Source: Ramazzottius varieornatus
Taxonomy: Eukaryota; Animalia; Tardigrada
Direction: 5' to 3'
Length of the DNA stretch: 64,000 nucleotides
NCBI GenBank assembly: GCA_001949185.1
Contig: BDGG01000001.1
Coordinates: 2,745,324 to 2,809,323, forward strand
The position numbers were made by a program, and so were the translations under genes. Positions 47,433-60,966 of the stretch are shown here, in pieces. The notes under the pieces are model-generated. The model was not told the origin of the DNA, ran no database searches, and saw nothing but the letters and a program-made list of their open reading frames with translations. How positions within the stretch are numbered: position 1 is the first letter of the stretch; every line of letters starts with the position of its first letter.

Positions 47433-49253
47433 TCACCGAGAAAGTGTACTCGATCCGCCTGTATTCCTTGAGCTCTGCGGCGACAACGGTACCCGGCCTG
47501 AGCCATCTTTGACGTTGATCCTGGAAGGAATTGAACGCCGAAGCGGTGGATGCTGTCCACTAGGAGGCGCATTCGGTCGAGATCCCGTTGGTACAGGTAC
47601 CATCGAGAAGACTCGGATACCCAGGAAGTCCCGAATCTCCACGCACATTCTGGTCAGGTACAGGCCAAGGTCGAACGTTGCGTGAATCTGGGAGGAAAAT
47701 CCAATGAAATGAAATAGCAGAAAAAAATAAACTTAGCAGCAATACTGTGCTAAACATACCACACAAGCCCAAAGAAGGAAATGGTCTGATATCCATCCGA
47801 GAGTGTTCCAGTATATCCTTCCCATCATGATTAGTGGGATGATGAAGGCAGTATCGAGAAATGTCATCTCGCTCTGGGTTACATGTGCTATCTACAGGAA
47901 GAACAGAACTGTATTGTATACACTAATCTGAACACGATCGACTGAAGAGCCAAGTAGAGAAATTTGAGCTTCGGTACTTACTACGAGACGATTTGTGAGT
48001 TTGGCCATAATTATCCCCCATGCGAAGAGGAAGAGTAGAGGGTGGTCCGCAACTGTTTGCGAGTTTTGGTGGACGTAATAAGCCGAGTAGAGCCAGAAAG
48101 CTAACGGCCACGCTGGCGAGAGGATGCTCATATTCTGCAAAGAAAAATCAGATAGAAGAGTATTTTTCACTTTCATATTAGGATTTGTTGAGGAACAAGT
48201 TTGTACCCCGACCGCCGAGCCGTTCCGTCCAGGACCACCGCCAAGGATAACCGCTAATTTCGTCAGCATATTGATGATAGTCCCTAGTACCATGATCCAT
48301 ACAGTGACTCCTCGTAATGTTATTCCTGCCAGCGGTATCTGCAAAAGCCGATAGATGCAAACATGGTTGCCATACGGAAGGGGAACGGAATATGGCAGTA
48401 GACGTACCCCGATGTTCCACACATCCGAGCCGAATATTGTGGATATAAGGTGCAGGCCTATGCACAAAAACTGTATTTCCGTCACTTCGAACCTGCAAAA
48501 CCAGGAAGAGAACTTTATTACTGAAGTGGAGTAACATCATTTACTAGTTTGATACTGAGATTTTGTCCGCGTGGCAGGTGTTTACCTTCCGAACTGCAGA
48601 CTTCCGGTGACGAAAGTCTGCCAATGAGCCAGGTAGAAAATGCCTAATGCGGCGAAGACGTAATAGCACAGCCAAAACGGTACTGCTCCCATCTGAATCG
48701 CGATGCAAACCCCGACCGTCACCAGTACTGCAACAGAAAGTCCCGGTTATCCCACTCGCACACACGCAAACCGAAAGTTCGTAAATCGGCTTACGCGTTG
48801 ATATCGAGTCGCAACCATGGTCAAATAGCTCCCCTAACTGGGAACTCGTTCCAGTTTTCCTCGCGTGTTTGCCATCCATCGCGTCCAGCGTCTGATAAAT
48901 GAATATTCCGAGCGCACAAACGAGGTACGTCCATACTGGAGCCTGTGAGCACAGAGAAAGAGTCGGAGTCGAGTGTATAAGAAAGCGCTCGGTGTACTTA
49001 TAGTGAAGATGCCACTTACGGGCGTCAGAGCGTCTGGACTATACCAGACCAGCAGCAATGTGGTAACTGCATTGACAGCAAGTCCACTGACGGTCAAGGA
49101 GTTGGGATGGATGAACTGAGGACATCTATCCACTAGCCATATCCAGAAGGGGTTCATATAGGGATCCAAAAGGGAGTAATTGACGCAGCTGTACTTGTGC
49201 TCCTTCAGCTTCGTCAGCTGACTCGGACCGAGCAACTTTTGAAATCCCGACAT
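47433..49253 (-). CDS. CEPT1: Choline/ethanolamine phosphotransferase (CEPT1/CHPT1-like), multi-exon
   Basis: N-terminal LKEHKYS..SLLDPYM..FWIWLV..PN.LT; CDP-alcohol phosphotransferase signature [30 protein letters not shown]; several hydrophobic helices; GT-AG introns. Confidence 0.92.
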
Positions 49254-50002
49254 CTTTGGTGGTTTTCTTTGGAAGCGCAGCCTCTGGAGGGCAAATCCTC
49301 CTTCAACGTTGCCCGCGTCTCCTACGGTTAAAGCGGTGCGATAGGGAAGATATGAATAGGTTTACCGTAGGAGGGGACGACGATGAGAGGTGCCTCAGGC
49401 GAATTACTCATGAGGCTCCGTTGGATCGTGCAAATTTCTTTCCGCTCCTCGTTTGCAGAGTACGCTTCTTCGGAGTGATGGCTGCGAGCGCAAAGCGATT
49501 CACCTTGAACGTAGACAGTAATGATGTGTGGGAAGAAGAGCATCACATAAATGGTTATCTTCTGATCTTGAAATTCCGAGGAAGATCTTCCAGAATTCCG
49601 ATATCAGATCTTTCAGAATCAAGAGCGAAATCAATCAAATGACGACATAAGCTAGTAGGCAAAACTCTGCGTCAAGCTGATAACTCCATGACGTCAGCGG
49701 TCGCGTACGACAGAAAACGAAATACTTGCCCGGAAGTCCTTCGACTTGGTAAGCACGAAAAAGATGCTCTTCCGACCCCGGCGAGCCGAGAAACATGTGA
49801 ACTAGGAGGTTCGAAAGTTTCATCAGAGGCCAGACTGCCGAATATAATTTATACAAAACATATCGCGGAAAACGAGTGTAGTCAACGTCAAAAATCCCGG
49901 CTTGACTGCTTCGCTGCTCCAGAAATCTCACTTGCGAACTTCTTGAAGCACTTAGTTGAATGAGGAAAAGTAAACAACATCGCCGACCACTCAAAGGAGA
50001 AT

Positions 50003-52003
50003 TTAAACGGCACCGCTACTTGGCAATGAAAAAATCAAAATGAGAGCATCGAGAAACGTAATCTTATTCTTCTTCCGTGTCCTAATCGTATATTCATCAA
50101 AAGACCACTGTTCAATGTCAATCTTGACTCTACCAGCCGCTTCCCGGAATGCACGACCCATGAAGTTCGTCACGCCAGAGTTGATGTTGTCGTGGCCCGG
50201 CAGACCCACGAAGTACACCCAGTCGTTATCAGGATCGTCTGAAGGCGGTTGCAGTTCAGCCACAAGGACAAAAGGGACCTTGCTGACTTTGTTCCCTCTT
50301 GCTCTCACCACGTAGGTCTGCTGGAGGAACAGTGCGAGAGGGATTAACGCTTCGGGTCTCCCGGTGAACTTGTTGCCCGTGCTGGAGATGTTGTCGAGGC
50401 AGACCTGAAGGTACGTGTTCATCCCCACGAAGAGCCGTTCTTCGAAGGCAGACTGGACGATGTTGCGGAAGATGGACAGCTGGTCTCGACCGAGACGAAG
50501 CGCGTACTCTATCCGCTTAAAGTCTTCTTTGGAAAGGATTTCCAGAGCTTCGTGGACGTTTTCTTCGGGAGAACTTGTATCGCTCAACGTGAGGCAAGCA
50601 TGTAAACCTAGTGCGATATCGTTAATCTGCAAAGGACAAACTCCAAGTATATGCTATTAAATTTCCTGATGGTCTGACGATACCCCAGAAGGAAAAACAA
50701 ACCTGGAACTTCTGGTTGAAGCCATACGACGCGAGGAACGTTCCGCTGCTAATCAGGTCCGGAAGATTCCACTGGGCTGCTTGCTCCTTGAACCACTCGA
50801 CCATGTTCTCTTTGATCTCATAGTCCATGGCGCTGAAGGTCTGTTTGCATTGTGATAGTGGGAAGCCCATATCAGCCAGGAGTTCGTGCAGTTTCTGATG
50901 GCCTTTGGTTTCCCAAGTGCGGAAGATGGACGCGGTGTAGGGCGTACTGCACATGCTGTCGAATATCGTCCATTGACGGTAGAACCTCAAAGCCAAATCC
51001 TGGCCGTAGGTTATCCGGAAAGCCTGACGATTTTCCACATCGACGTTGTGCGTCAGTCGTATCACATGGCCTTGCAAGGCAATACTTTTCTGCAATGAAG
51101 AAAAGAATAAAAACGATGAATAACCCCGATCAATTCGCCCACCTGACTTCCCTGATCAAGCTGCGCACATAGCTTTCCCGATCAAGTCGCGCACTTTAGC
51201 TGTTTGACAAACATGGGACTAACCTTGACAAATTCAGAAGAACTAATCTTCCGCTGAACGAACATATCACAAAGGCCTATAATAGCCCAGAAGAACAAGT
51301 TGTGGTCATCTTTGGAGATAAGATGAGCAAGTTCGAACATTTTCATCGCTGACGAATCTTCGTAAGATACGTTTTTGTAGTAGTTACTCTCGATAATCTT
51401 CCTGTTGACTTCCCATTCTGCCTTCTTTCTCTCCTTTTCCCTCCGCTCCCGGATATTCTCTACTTGACTACTGCCAGACATTTCGCTGCTCTGGCTCATG
51501 GTATCATCATCGTCACCGTTCACGGAACTATCCGTCCTTGCTCTCTTCTTCGGCGGTTCATCTTCTTCCTGCGAGAAAACAGAGTCGAAGGCTGGAATTT
51601 CAGATGCATCAACTTTCCGTAATACACGAACAGCCTTTCCACTGTAGAGGTTATGAAGGTGGACAGGAAGGCGAGAGTCGAGGATAAAGTAGCGAGCGTC
51701 TTTGTTGGCCTTCAACCGTCCGTAGACATCTTCGGCTGCTCCACAATTGATCATCACAATACTACGCACCGTCTCCCGTACTGGCTTCACTGCTTTGATG
51801 CAATCAGTAAAGTTGGAGCATATCGTCAGGCTGTACAGAATATAATCACAGTTGAAGAGATGCAGGAGAATCTTGACGGCGCAAACAGCGTCGACGTCCG
51901 TAGCACAAAGAATGAGAACGCGATGCTCGCGATTCGAGCGTGACTTGTTCAACAAGTAGCTGTAGAAGTTCTGGCTAAGATCCTTGGGGTTATCGAGAAT
52001 CAT
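50003..52003 (-). CDS. CDC45: Cell division control protein 45 (CMG helicase subunit); exons ~52003-51224, 51089-50703, 50626-50003
   Basis: RVLIL..DVDAVCAVKIL, MINCGA, FILDSRLPVHLHNLY, acidic insertion, FWAIIGL, LYRQW-like FYRQWTIFDSM, LLADMGFPL..CKQ, NFMGRAFREAA, FLDAL. Confidence 0.93.
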
Positions 52004-52163
52004 TATGAGGCCTCAGAACAACATCCTTTCCCCTCAAAGATATCCAGCAAATACACCAACCTTCCATCACATCAGTCACTTACAAGTTACAAAGAGATCA
52101 TCCAGAATCACGGAAGGCGTCGAAAGCTCAGATAACTCGAATTCCAAATGCGTCTGTGATGAT

Positions 52164-52224
52164 TTCAAACTGTTGTAAATATTGGCGCACTCCTAATAGG
52201 AGAACTAGCGCTAGCATTGATTGG
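52164..52224 (-). promoter_or_regulatory. Candidate cell-cycle promoter of CDC45 (E2F-like GCGCCAA, CHR TTTGAA, CCAAT boxes)
   Basis: Minus strand reads ..GAACCAAT..GTGCGCCAATATTTACAACAGTTTGAAAT.., 160-220 bp upstream of the CDC45 ATG. Confidence 0.4.
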
Positions 52225-52738
52225 TTCTACACAAGGCTGTCGCCTTGATTGTGCGGTCTCGAAAATGCAGCCAAGCGGAGCGCTCCGCAATGCTCCAACT
52301 GATAACAGCGGACCGGATCTCCTTGCGGCCAGTGGTCGACGGGTCACACCGATGACAGGAAGGACAGGAACTTTACGAGGGTCGCTCAACGCATTCAGAA
52401 ACTGAAAAATCTTTTTGCTTGATGAGGGATCGCTTTTTCTGTATGCTTCTGACCGGATTCAAAATGGAATCTCAACAGTAATATCGCCAGACATGTCGTA
52501 AGAACAAACACGCGTACGCATCACAAATCATTCAGCTGCAACAAATACTGGGTAAAACCAAAAAGAAGCTGCATGGGAAATGAAAGATCATTCAAGTAAA
52601 TTGGTAGAAAAACAAATAAATGCTATTTGGTTTCGCGAGGAGCCTAAAACGACCACACACTGAAGAAAAAACGACCTCTCAAATGCAACTGACGGAAGCC
52701 GAAATTTGAGCTTGAAGGGATGGAAGAGAAAACGACAA

Positions 52739-55700
52739 CTATTCATCACTTTGCGGACTCATTCTCTTAGTTTCGTACTCGTCATTGTAATCATTTGGAG
52801 TTTGCCGCCTGGAAGGTTCGGAACCTACCGTCTTCCTCTTGAAGAAGCCACAGCAATACAGAAGATATATCAGAAGAGCCAGCAACAGCAGCCCTCCCAA
52901 TACTGCGAGAAGTATCCACCACCAGGCCACTTCCGTGGTCTGCGATATAATACTGACGTCGGGTTTCGCCACGGTCTGGACAAAGGCTACGTTGTTGCCT
53001 TTAGCATCTTCCACCTGGTACGTGGTGTCCACCACCACTTCCGCTCGGGACTTTATTTCAATCGAGTTAATGTCCCGATAATCCTGCAAAAATAACAGCC
53101 ATGCTTACAAAGGCATACCGGTGATCAGGAATAAGGGATATTATGATTGCTTCTTACCTCCATGAACGTGCTGTTCCACAACCTGGCTCGCAACCTTATG
53201 ACAACGGGCTGATCTTTGTTCAGCTCCCGAATTTGACAAACGATATCAACGCACTTTGCTGTTCCTCGGTCACAATCCTAAACACAAAAGCCAGCTGTAA
53301 AATACCACTATGTCTAATTGATTAGAGTGAAGCAATCATGGCAATGATTATCTCACCAGACGAACGTATTTGATCTTCTTGTTTTCGACCACCTTCTCTT
53401 CGTGTTGGACAATTTTCTCCCGTTTCACCCTACTCAGCGGAGTTTGCGGAGGAGCCACAGTGGTTGGGTTCACCACTATCTTCGATCGCAAGGCCTGTGT
53501 GCGAAGCGGTTCTCCGTCTTGATCGTCACGCGGGCGAGGAAGAAGTCTTGTCGACCTCTGCAAGCAAATATCGTTCGTCAGAGCTTACTTCAACCCTCGA
53601 CTTCCGGGTCCGACGAACAACACCCTACCTTTAGTCCTACGGGGTTGATATACCGTGGGTCGACCGAACAAACCACTGGTCCATCGAGCTACCAAAAGGA
53701 CATTCGTGAGCGTCCGATATGGTCGTTTTTTGCTGCTACTATGTCTTACAATGGGTTGTTCCAGAAGGTACAGCAGATATTTCCCGTGTTTCTGGCCGTT
53801 CTCGACCTCCAGAGGCCATCGGATGGTGACCCTCGACGAGGAAACTTTGGCAGGTCCGCGGTTGCGAATCTGTAATCAATCAAAAGCTCAATATAACCGA
53901 AGCCGGCAACACGCTACCACGGTACCACAAAGGTACCGAGAAAAAGAAGGACCTACTGTACCTCATACGTGTGGTTGACGGACAAGCCGATATCTTCTTC
54001 CTTCTTCATAGCGCTAGCTCCCGTCACCAGGCCGCTATAGAAGATCTCCAGCGGGTCCGAAGCTCCGCGAACCTCAATGTCAGCTCGGACAACAATGACG
54101 GCCGTGAGGTTGAGTGGCGGTTGAATAGGCTCCATGGGGGTACTCGTGGTGTTGGCCCATATGGACACACTGACTTGATTGTCAAGAGGCTGAAGGTTAG
54201 TAGTGTTAAAACGCATACTAATATGCACTTCTCCACCACGTGGAAAAGGGTTTCCTATGTCACACCGGATCAAAGTGGGAATGTCTTTGACGTGGGAACA
54301 GGCGTACTGCTTGTTATCAGCTCCAATATACTCTAAGGTGGCGGGGTGCTGCACGAACATACATGTCTGATAGGCCGCTTCGTGCTCGTTTCTCAGGGTG
54401 AGATTCAAGAAGATCTGGTTGTTCTCTCCCAGACTGAGAACGTATCTCTTATCCGCATCAACGGGAAGACTCAGGGTAGCGTTTAGACGCAGGTTGCTCT
54501 CGCACACATCGTTAGCTCCACAGTCTTTGTAGAACTTGACGTCGAATATCCGCGAGGCGTTCTGATCGAGCAACGGATAGTCATTGATCCTGGGCAATGG
54601 CTCGCCTTCTCGAGGGAACCTCGGCTTGTCCAGTAACAGTTCATACGTCAACTTGAACCAGATCGGGTTCAGCACATCGCGGACTGAATCTTGCAAGAGG
54701 ACTGTTTGGCGCATGTCCTCGCCACACAGGGCGCGATTCCAGCTGTTGGCGGTGACGACCACTTGACGGGTTACGATGTTGGCGTTTTGTGGGTCTACGG
54801 CGTTTTGGAACTTCACGCGACTGTACTGTACCCGACCAGACTTCTGAAAGGTCTCAGCTTCGATGCGGTACTCGATGCGCATTTCTCCGCCGAAGTTCCA
54901 GTTCTGGCTGGCGATCCGGAAACAGGGGCGGAAAGTGAAGCAGGTCAGATTCTTTCCGGAAGCATCTGTGCAGAAGCGTTGGGGCACATTGGGATCATTC
55001 AGGTACTTCGGCAACTCATTTACCTACATATAGCAAAACAACTACAAGAAAATTTCACGAGTACAGCTTGGGTGATGCTCTCCTGCTGAAAGCTAATTAT
55101 ACGTAATGTTATCGTATCTGTAGTTACGAAAAAGCTACGCGAAAAATCGCTCATGTTAGTTTTTAAACGTTCTAAAAAATTCAAAGGGAGAAAAACTCGT
55201 AAGCACCTCCGTGATAACATTGATGACAGGTCTGGCACGGAAGAGTACCACCGTATCCGACTCGTAAGCTCCGCTCAGCAGATCAGGGTAACCATTTCCG
55301 TCCATATCGATACCGCCGGACAAGGAGTATCCCAGTGTTCTGACACCAGCCACCGGCAGATCGGTCGCTCGAAGAACCTGGCTGGGCTCGGTGGTTGCTA
55401 TTCCGGTCGCTGAACCTTGAAAGATGTAGACTGCACCTGCTCCATCGTAAGGTGCGCCAACTGCCAGGTCCGAGTACCCATCCAAGTTCAAGTCCCCGGC
55501 ATTCGCCACCGCGAACCCAAACTTGGACTCTGCCGGTCCCAGAAGTTTCTTTGGTTCGGCATACTGAACACCTTCTTCGCTGTTGAGGTACACATAGACG
55601 GCCCCGCCCTTTGGTGGTTCGTTCTGGAAGAAGAACGGCGCGCCAACGATCAGGTCCGGATATCCGTCGTTGTTCAGGTCCCCAGAAGCGAGCGAATATC

Positions 55701-57663
55701 CATACTGCGACGCGACTTGTTCACCTGCAAAAAGACAGCAGATAAGGTAGAAATTTGTCGAAAGCTTGGACAGTAAACCTTTCTACTCAGGTAATTATAC
55801 TGAAAGGTGCGATATGATTGTAATTATGACTGTAAATTATCGACAGTTCCGTAGTACTGAGATGAAATACAGTATTATACTTTATGTTGTTTTCCACCCG
55901 AAACGGTTTGCAGTTTATCTTGCACCTCAACATACCTCCAAGTTGACCCAGTAGTTCCAGCGTCCGATTTTTCCCGTCGACCTGTTTCCGAAACAGGAAG
56001 ACCTCACCCGTCAAGTTGGAGCGCGGAGCACCAGCAATGTATACCATGTGTTTGCCGGCTCCCAGAAAGTAGCCACTAGTAACAGACATTCCTAAATAGC
56101 TAACTTTATTGACGAAGGATCGGTATTCGTTCATCTCGGAAGAGAACCATCGCTTGTCCAGTCCAAAGCCTTCTTGCCGGCTAACAGCAATAGAGAATAT
56201 TCCACCGCGCCAGTTGAGCGCACCTGAAGTACAGAAAGAACAAGAATAATTATGCTGTTGTGACAGAGTAAGTCGATTGAGAAATCTATTATTGTACTAT
56301 GTATTCACCTGAGGTAGTTTTAACAAAATAATTACAACGGCACACGTCTTATGATCACTTTTATCAAGATCAATGTCAGAAAGAAAACCAAGACGTGTCA
56401 ATCACAGATAAGGCGTTTCGTTCGTAAAAAAGAGCCTCGATATTAATTTGTTTGGCACTGAGCTGGGAACTGTGATGGAAAAAATTCTCAATTCAGCCGA
56501 GTAAATTGTATATTTCTAAATATCACAAAGCCTTTTGCGAAATTTCGCTCTCGATGCTGTGATATTTATATGGTATTTGCAAATACCATCTTGAACTGGA
56601 CATTTTTTACGTTTTATTACCAGGAGTTCCGACAGTCAGTGTCCCGTCTTCTGCCAGCTCCGACGAGATTCCGGCTTGACAGAACCCAAAGTCTTCATGG
56701 CCTCTGGTCGTCTTCTGTCCGGCACAGGCCTCGTAAGGCGGGTCTTCGTAGGAAAGTTCTGGCGTGAACAGATGGCACATTCCGAGGCCCCAAATAGCGC
56801 CTTGATCTTGCTTTTTGTAACGATGGGCACAAGCAACCACTTGTCCTCCAACACCGCGACTCTTTAAACTAACGCCGAGCCATCCATCATTGGCATCTTC
56901 GTCTTCAGGTGGTGCTTGATTACGGGTAAAGTTTCCCAGATCGATCTGTTGACAGTCGGTCAACCGAGTGCTGACTGGACAAACATAAATTGTGCCGGGC
57001 CTTGTTGTTCCTGGTTGGCTGGTATTTGCTCGTGGAGCTCCCACCAATATCTGACTTTTCGGTCCCAATGCTCCTTCATCTGTCTGCAATATTTCAAAAG
57101 TGGGTTAGTCAGTCAAAGTAGCAAAAGTCGTGGAGTATCTTGTGTACATTGCCGGAAAGCTGATCAAACACCATTGAATATTTTCGATACACTGCAAGTC
57201 AAAAATAGGCGGGCAGAAATATCGGATTCAAAAAGCTTGAATTTGATCAGAATTTTCCACCCTAAGTGCTTCGTTTCGTGCTGAAAATACGCCGATTAAT
57301 TTGATATCCGCGTAATTAGTCGTGGGGTCGCTCATTCAATTTTTCAGGCTAATATGGGACGTGGCCAAAGGACTAAAATCAGATCACATTCCCCACCGGC
57401 GCAGACTTCCGCCTAAAAGCAACGGAAACGTGCGCCACTTGCCCGAGTTCCGTAACAGACCGGTTGGGACGTGTGCTTCTGACGGAAACGGTATTACGTA
57501 CCTGGTGTTCTGCGACACTGTATCCAAAATATGCTCCGCGGTCGGCTCGTTTTATGACGGGTATTCTTGAATCGAGATTGAATGCTTGGACGCGTATTTG
57601 CAGAGAAAATAGAATGATGGCGAGAAATAGCGGTTTCCGTGGTATGATCGTAATCCGATCCAT
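52739..57663 (-). CDS. Integrin alpha subunit, PS1/alpha3-6-7 (laminin-binding) class, multi-exon
   Basis: Signal peptide then FNLDSRIPVIK..GAYFGYSVA; FG-GAP repeats (DLNNDGYPDLIVGAP, DLNLDGYSDLAVGAP, DMDGNGYPDLLSGA); furin site RVKR; TM WWILLAVLGGLLLLALLIYLL; cytoplasmic GFFKR. The subclass assignment is by-eye resemblance. Confidence 0.93.
57356..57445. mobile_element. Palindromic MITE-like element, degenerate copy in integrin intron 1
   Basis: ATAT|GGGACGTGGCCAAA..AGATC..GGCGCAGACTTCC..AAACGTGCGCCACTTG. Confidence 0.6.
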
Positions 57664-60361
57664 TTGAAAGCAGACTCCAAACACAACAAATGGAACATTA
57701 CAAAGACCATCCGAAGTGCAGCTGAAACTTCGCGTCCCAGAACGAAGCAAGGCGCGGCGCTCAGTGAGATATCGTTATCTGCAAAAGTCACATATGAGTA
57801 TAAATCATGGTTATTGCTATATACACATACCGAGTATGGAATTATTGGAATATTCATCATGCATATCTGTGACATCGTAATGGATGACTAGACGCAGTTC
57901 TAATGCGCGTATATACAAGGACTGTCTACGAGACTGCGAGTCATTACGGACGATTTTAATTGGCAATCTCTCTTTAATGTTACAGCACCGAAGATCACAG
58001 AGAAAACACGAGACACGCATACGCATACACCATAATCCAGGTAAGCATTTAGAATTGCATTATGTGATATGTGTGACTCCAGCTCGAAACGTATCTTCTT
58101 TGACCGTGTATGTTCGCCGCGGTTATGGAATCAAACAGAACTAGAGTTCTTACCGGTAGGATAAATTGCTCAGCAGGAGTGCTTGAGAAGCAGAGCATCG
58201 AAGCATCAGGAATGTAACATCCTTCATATTTGGAGAAGACGGTATGGATCGTCGCTGTGGTCCGATGTTGATGCGGGAGATTGATAATGCTTCACACATA
58301 GCGTAATCGATACAAGAACTACATGATGCTTTTCAAACATGCTGATGATGCAAAAGAGAAATTCACATATCCGTCACCAGACGGTGCAAGATTGGCGAGA
58401 TGGTGTCAGTTTTCAGGACATGCATACGCGCAAGCAGTCGGGTCATAAAACTCTCCCTATGCAGAAGATCTCAACACGTCAGATCGCGTCACTGCGATGA
58501 CGACCACACAAGTCGCCGGTACTTGACGGAATGCACTCGCAATGAGCAACAGTCAAAAGTTGGTTTTCTGAGCAGGAGATATTTTTGAGCGCAGACGAGA
58601 TGGAGGAAGCTTATGTTAGCAAAGTGGTGCTGCCATATAGCCACTTGTATGCATCGTGCTTGGGTTAATATTGCCTCAGCGTTGTGGCACTTTGGCTCTA
58701 GCAAATGAGATATGACTTTATGGAATGTAGCTACGGACTGAAGGGCACTCTTTTTCTCTCTCTCGCGCGTAAGGAACGATTTCTACTGCGCCTGACTCGC
58801 TCCGAGTGCTCAAAGTACGGAGCCATAAGCTTCCATCGTCTGTCGATGCTCATTGCTCTGCAACTTTTTCACCGTCCCTCTGAATAGTCTTTCGTAGACC
58901 GGATTGCAATGCCGGTGTCAATCGTCTTGTCCGGGAAGTATTTGACTCATCGATCGACTGCAGAGCGAGCGAGAATAGATTTTGGAGAACCATCCCGACA
59001 GATGGCACCACAACACGAAGAACTTAAGAACCAGTCGGAAGTTGCGGATCCAGCAGGTACGCCTTGCCCGATATCCCGTCGGATATTCCTGTCAGCAAGA
59101 AAAGAGGAAAACCCTGACTTTATTTCCGCCTATAATCAGAAGTAGATATGTCGCTTGTACGGTCGTGCAAGATCGAGCTCGAGCGTCAGAAGGAGAAGCT
59201 CAACATTTGAGGTGAAACGTTGATTACGTTGAACGACACTTTAATCACGCACAAAGCCAAAAGTCTCTCTAGAGATCTAGACTATAATTACACTGGTTTC
59301 CTGGCTGTTAATACTATACCTTCCCCACCGATTTCCTCCGCTTGTGTTTGGTTCCTGATTACATGCCGCTTATCAGGGTTCGCATTGTAACCAAGACCTT
59401 TCGTTTTGGCCTTAGGATCCCACTCGAAAAATCAATGGAAATCTATCTTTATGAAAGTTGCATGCGCAAGAAAGATGTTAGGAAAGACAAGAAGCCGTAT
59501 AACCTCACCAGGAATTCTTCTCAAAATCCAGACGATTCCAGCGAAAAATCGGACCAGTTGTTAATCCCCGAAGTGCCGTTCTTTTTCCGGGCCCTCCATC
59601 AAGAAACGCCCTCTCCGAAGGGCGCAAATGCCGCTTTTAGAGCCGATTATCTTTTACTCTACAATTCGTAAACAGGAAATACGTAGACGTCGCATTGGAT
59701 CATGAAACAAGGTACCGTCCGACCGACAAAAACAAGGTATCGATCAGACAAAACGTGATCTAGTCGTCGGCGCGGGATTCAGTTCGCATCTAAGAAGAAA
59801 GCCATAATAATCTGGAAGGTCCAAAGCGAGAAAGATATATGTACAGGCAGATCTACGTCCGGAATGACTACCTAGTTATCCGCTTCTAGTCCGCAGGCCG
59901 AAGTTGCAATGTTCAGAACAGCGGAACTGTCATGTCGAATTTCTTGCACACTACCTTTTTCTATTTGTCCCGGAAATAACTTTAGTTGGCGAGTGCAGTT
60001 AACCGCCTGTCTCAGCCTGACGACACCAACGGGGTGTGGTTCCTCAAGGCAGGATGAAAAGATCAGAAGAATTGATCAACACATCATGACGCTCCACATT
60101 CTAGAATAGCAAACGGAAGCCGACAGGTGATTTCCGTTTCTGTCGTAACTGCACGAGTGGTGAAAATTGCCTGTCAGCAAGTAAAGTAGGACGAAAGGTT
60201 CCATGAGAGCTGGAAGGAGGGTCTAGTCAAAGGTCTCCAAAGCCTGAAGGGTCAGATTCCCGGTCCTTGAATTGCTGTACGTGGGTGGACGAAACGATAG
60301 ATCTATCCCCAGCTGAGTTCATTATATTAATCGCCGACACGAAAGCGGAACTGAAGAATAT

Positions 60362-60492
60362 GGGAACTCGACATTCAGCAAACAAACTCGACCAGATTGT
60401 TTTCCCGAAGTGGCGCAAGTTTTTCGGTGCTACTCGCTGGTGACGTGCGCCACTTGGCAAATAGATCTGGAAGAGTTGTCTGCCGAGCTCCC
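60362..60492. mobile_element. Palindromic MITE-like element, intergenic, with ATAT target-site duplication
   Basis: ATAT|GGGAACTCG..CAAACAAACTCG..AAGTGGCGCA..GTGCGCCACTTGG..TGCCGAGCTCCC|ATAT. Confidence 0.82.
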
Positions 60493-60966
60493 ATATTTTC
60501 CCCTATCTAGTGGAGAAAGCTCGGTAAAAATCCGAGGATCAAAAACACTCATATTCAAAGACCTATTAAAAAACATTCTCATATTCGATATTCAAAAACT
60601 AAATTCAGTCTTCCTTTAGAGGGTTCCTCGAGGATAAGGAACAGTCGTTAATGCGAGAAATACTTGCTTTAATTGCCATTGCTAAGCACATTAGCTAGTC
60701 ACGCCGATGTGGTTTTCAAGCTTTGCGGCCTACTTGGTAAATGAGACAAGCTCGCAAATAAGTCTCAAGATTGAATAGGGGCTTTTACATTTTAAGTTCC
60801 CGATCTAAAGGAGCCTTACAACCCTAAGTAAGTGTGTGGAAAATAAATTACGTAGCTCTATCCGTAAACACAGGAAACTTGCAGACCGGGCATAGTGTCA
60901 AGAGGAATCAAAGGGAGACGACTTCATGAAACGGAAATACAGGCTGGTGATTAGCGGAATGCTCGG

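Noticed and set aside
47340-47435. CEPT1 TGA followed by TGT TGC as possible selenocysteine read-through (SELENOI-like)
   Set aside because: The protein matches the CEPT1/CHPT1 type (DHGCDS) rather than EPT1/SELENOI (DHGLDS), and no SECIS was recognised; a SECIS search would be needed to revive the idea.
13094-60492. Recurring palindrome as CRISPR repeats or bacterial REP elements
   Set aside because: Copies are dispersed and diverged, show no regular repeat-spacer array or cas genes, and sit in spliceosomal introns.
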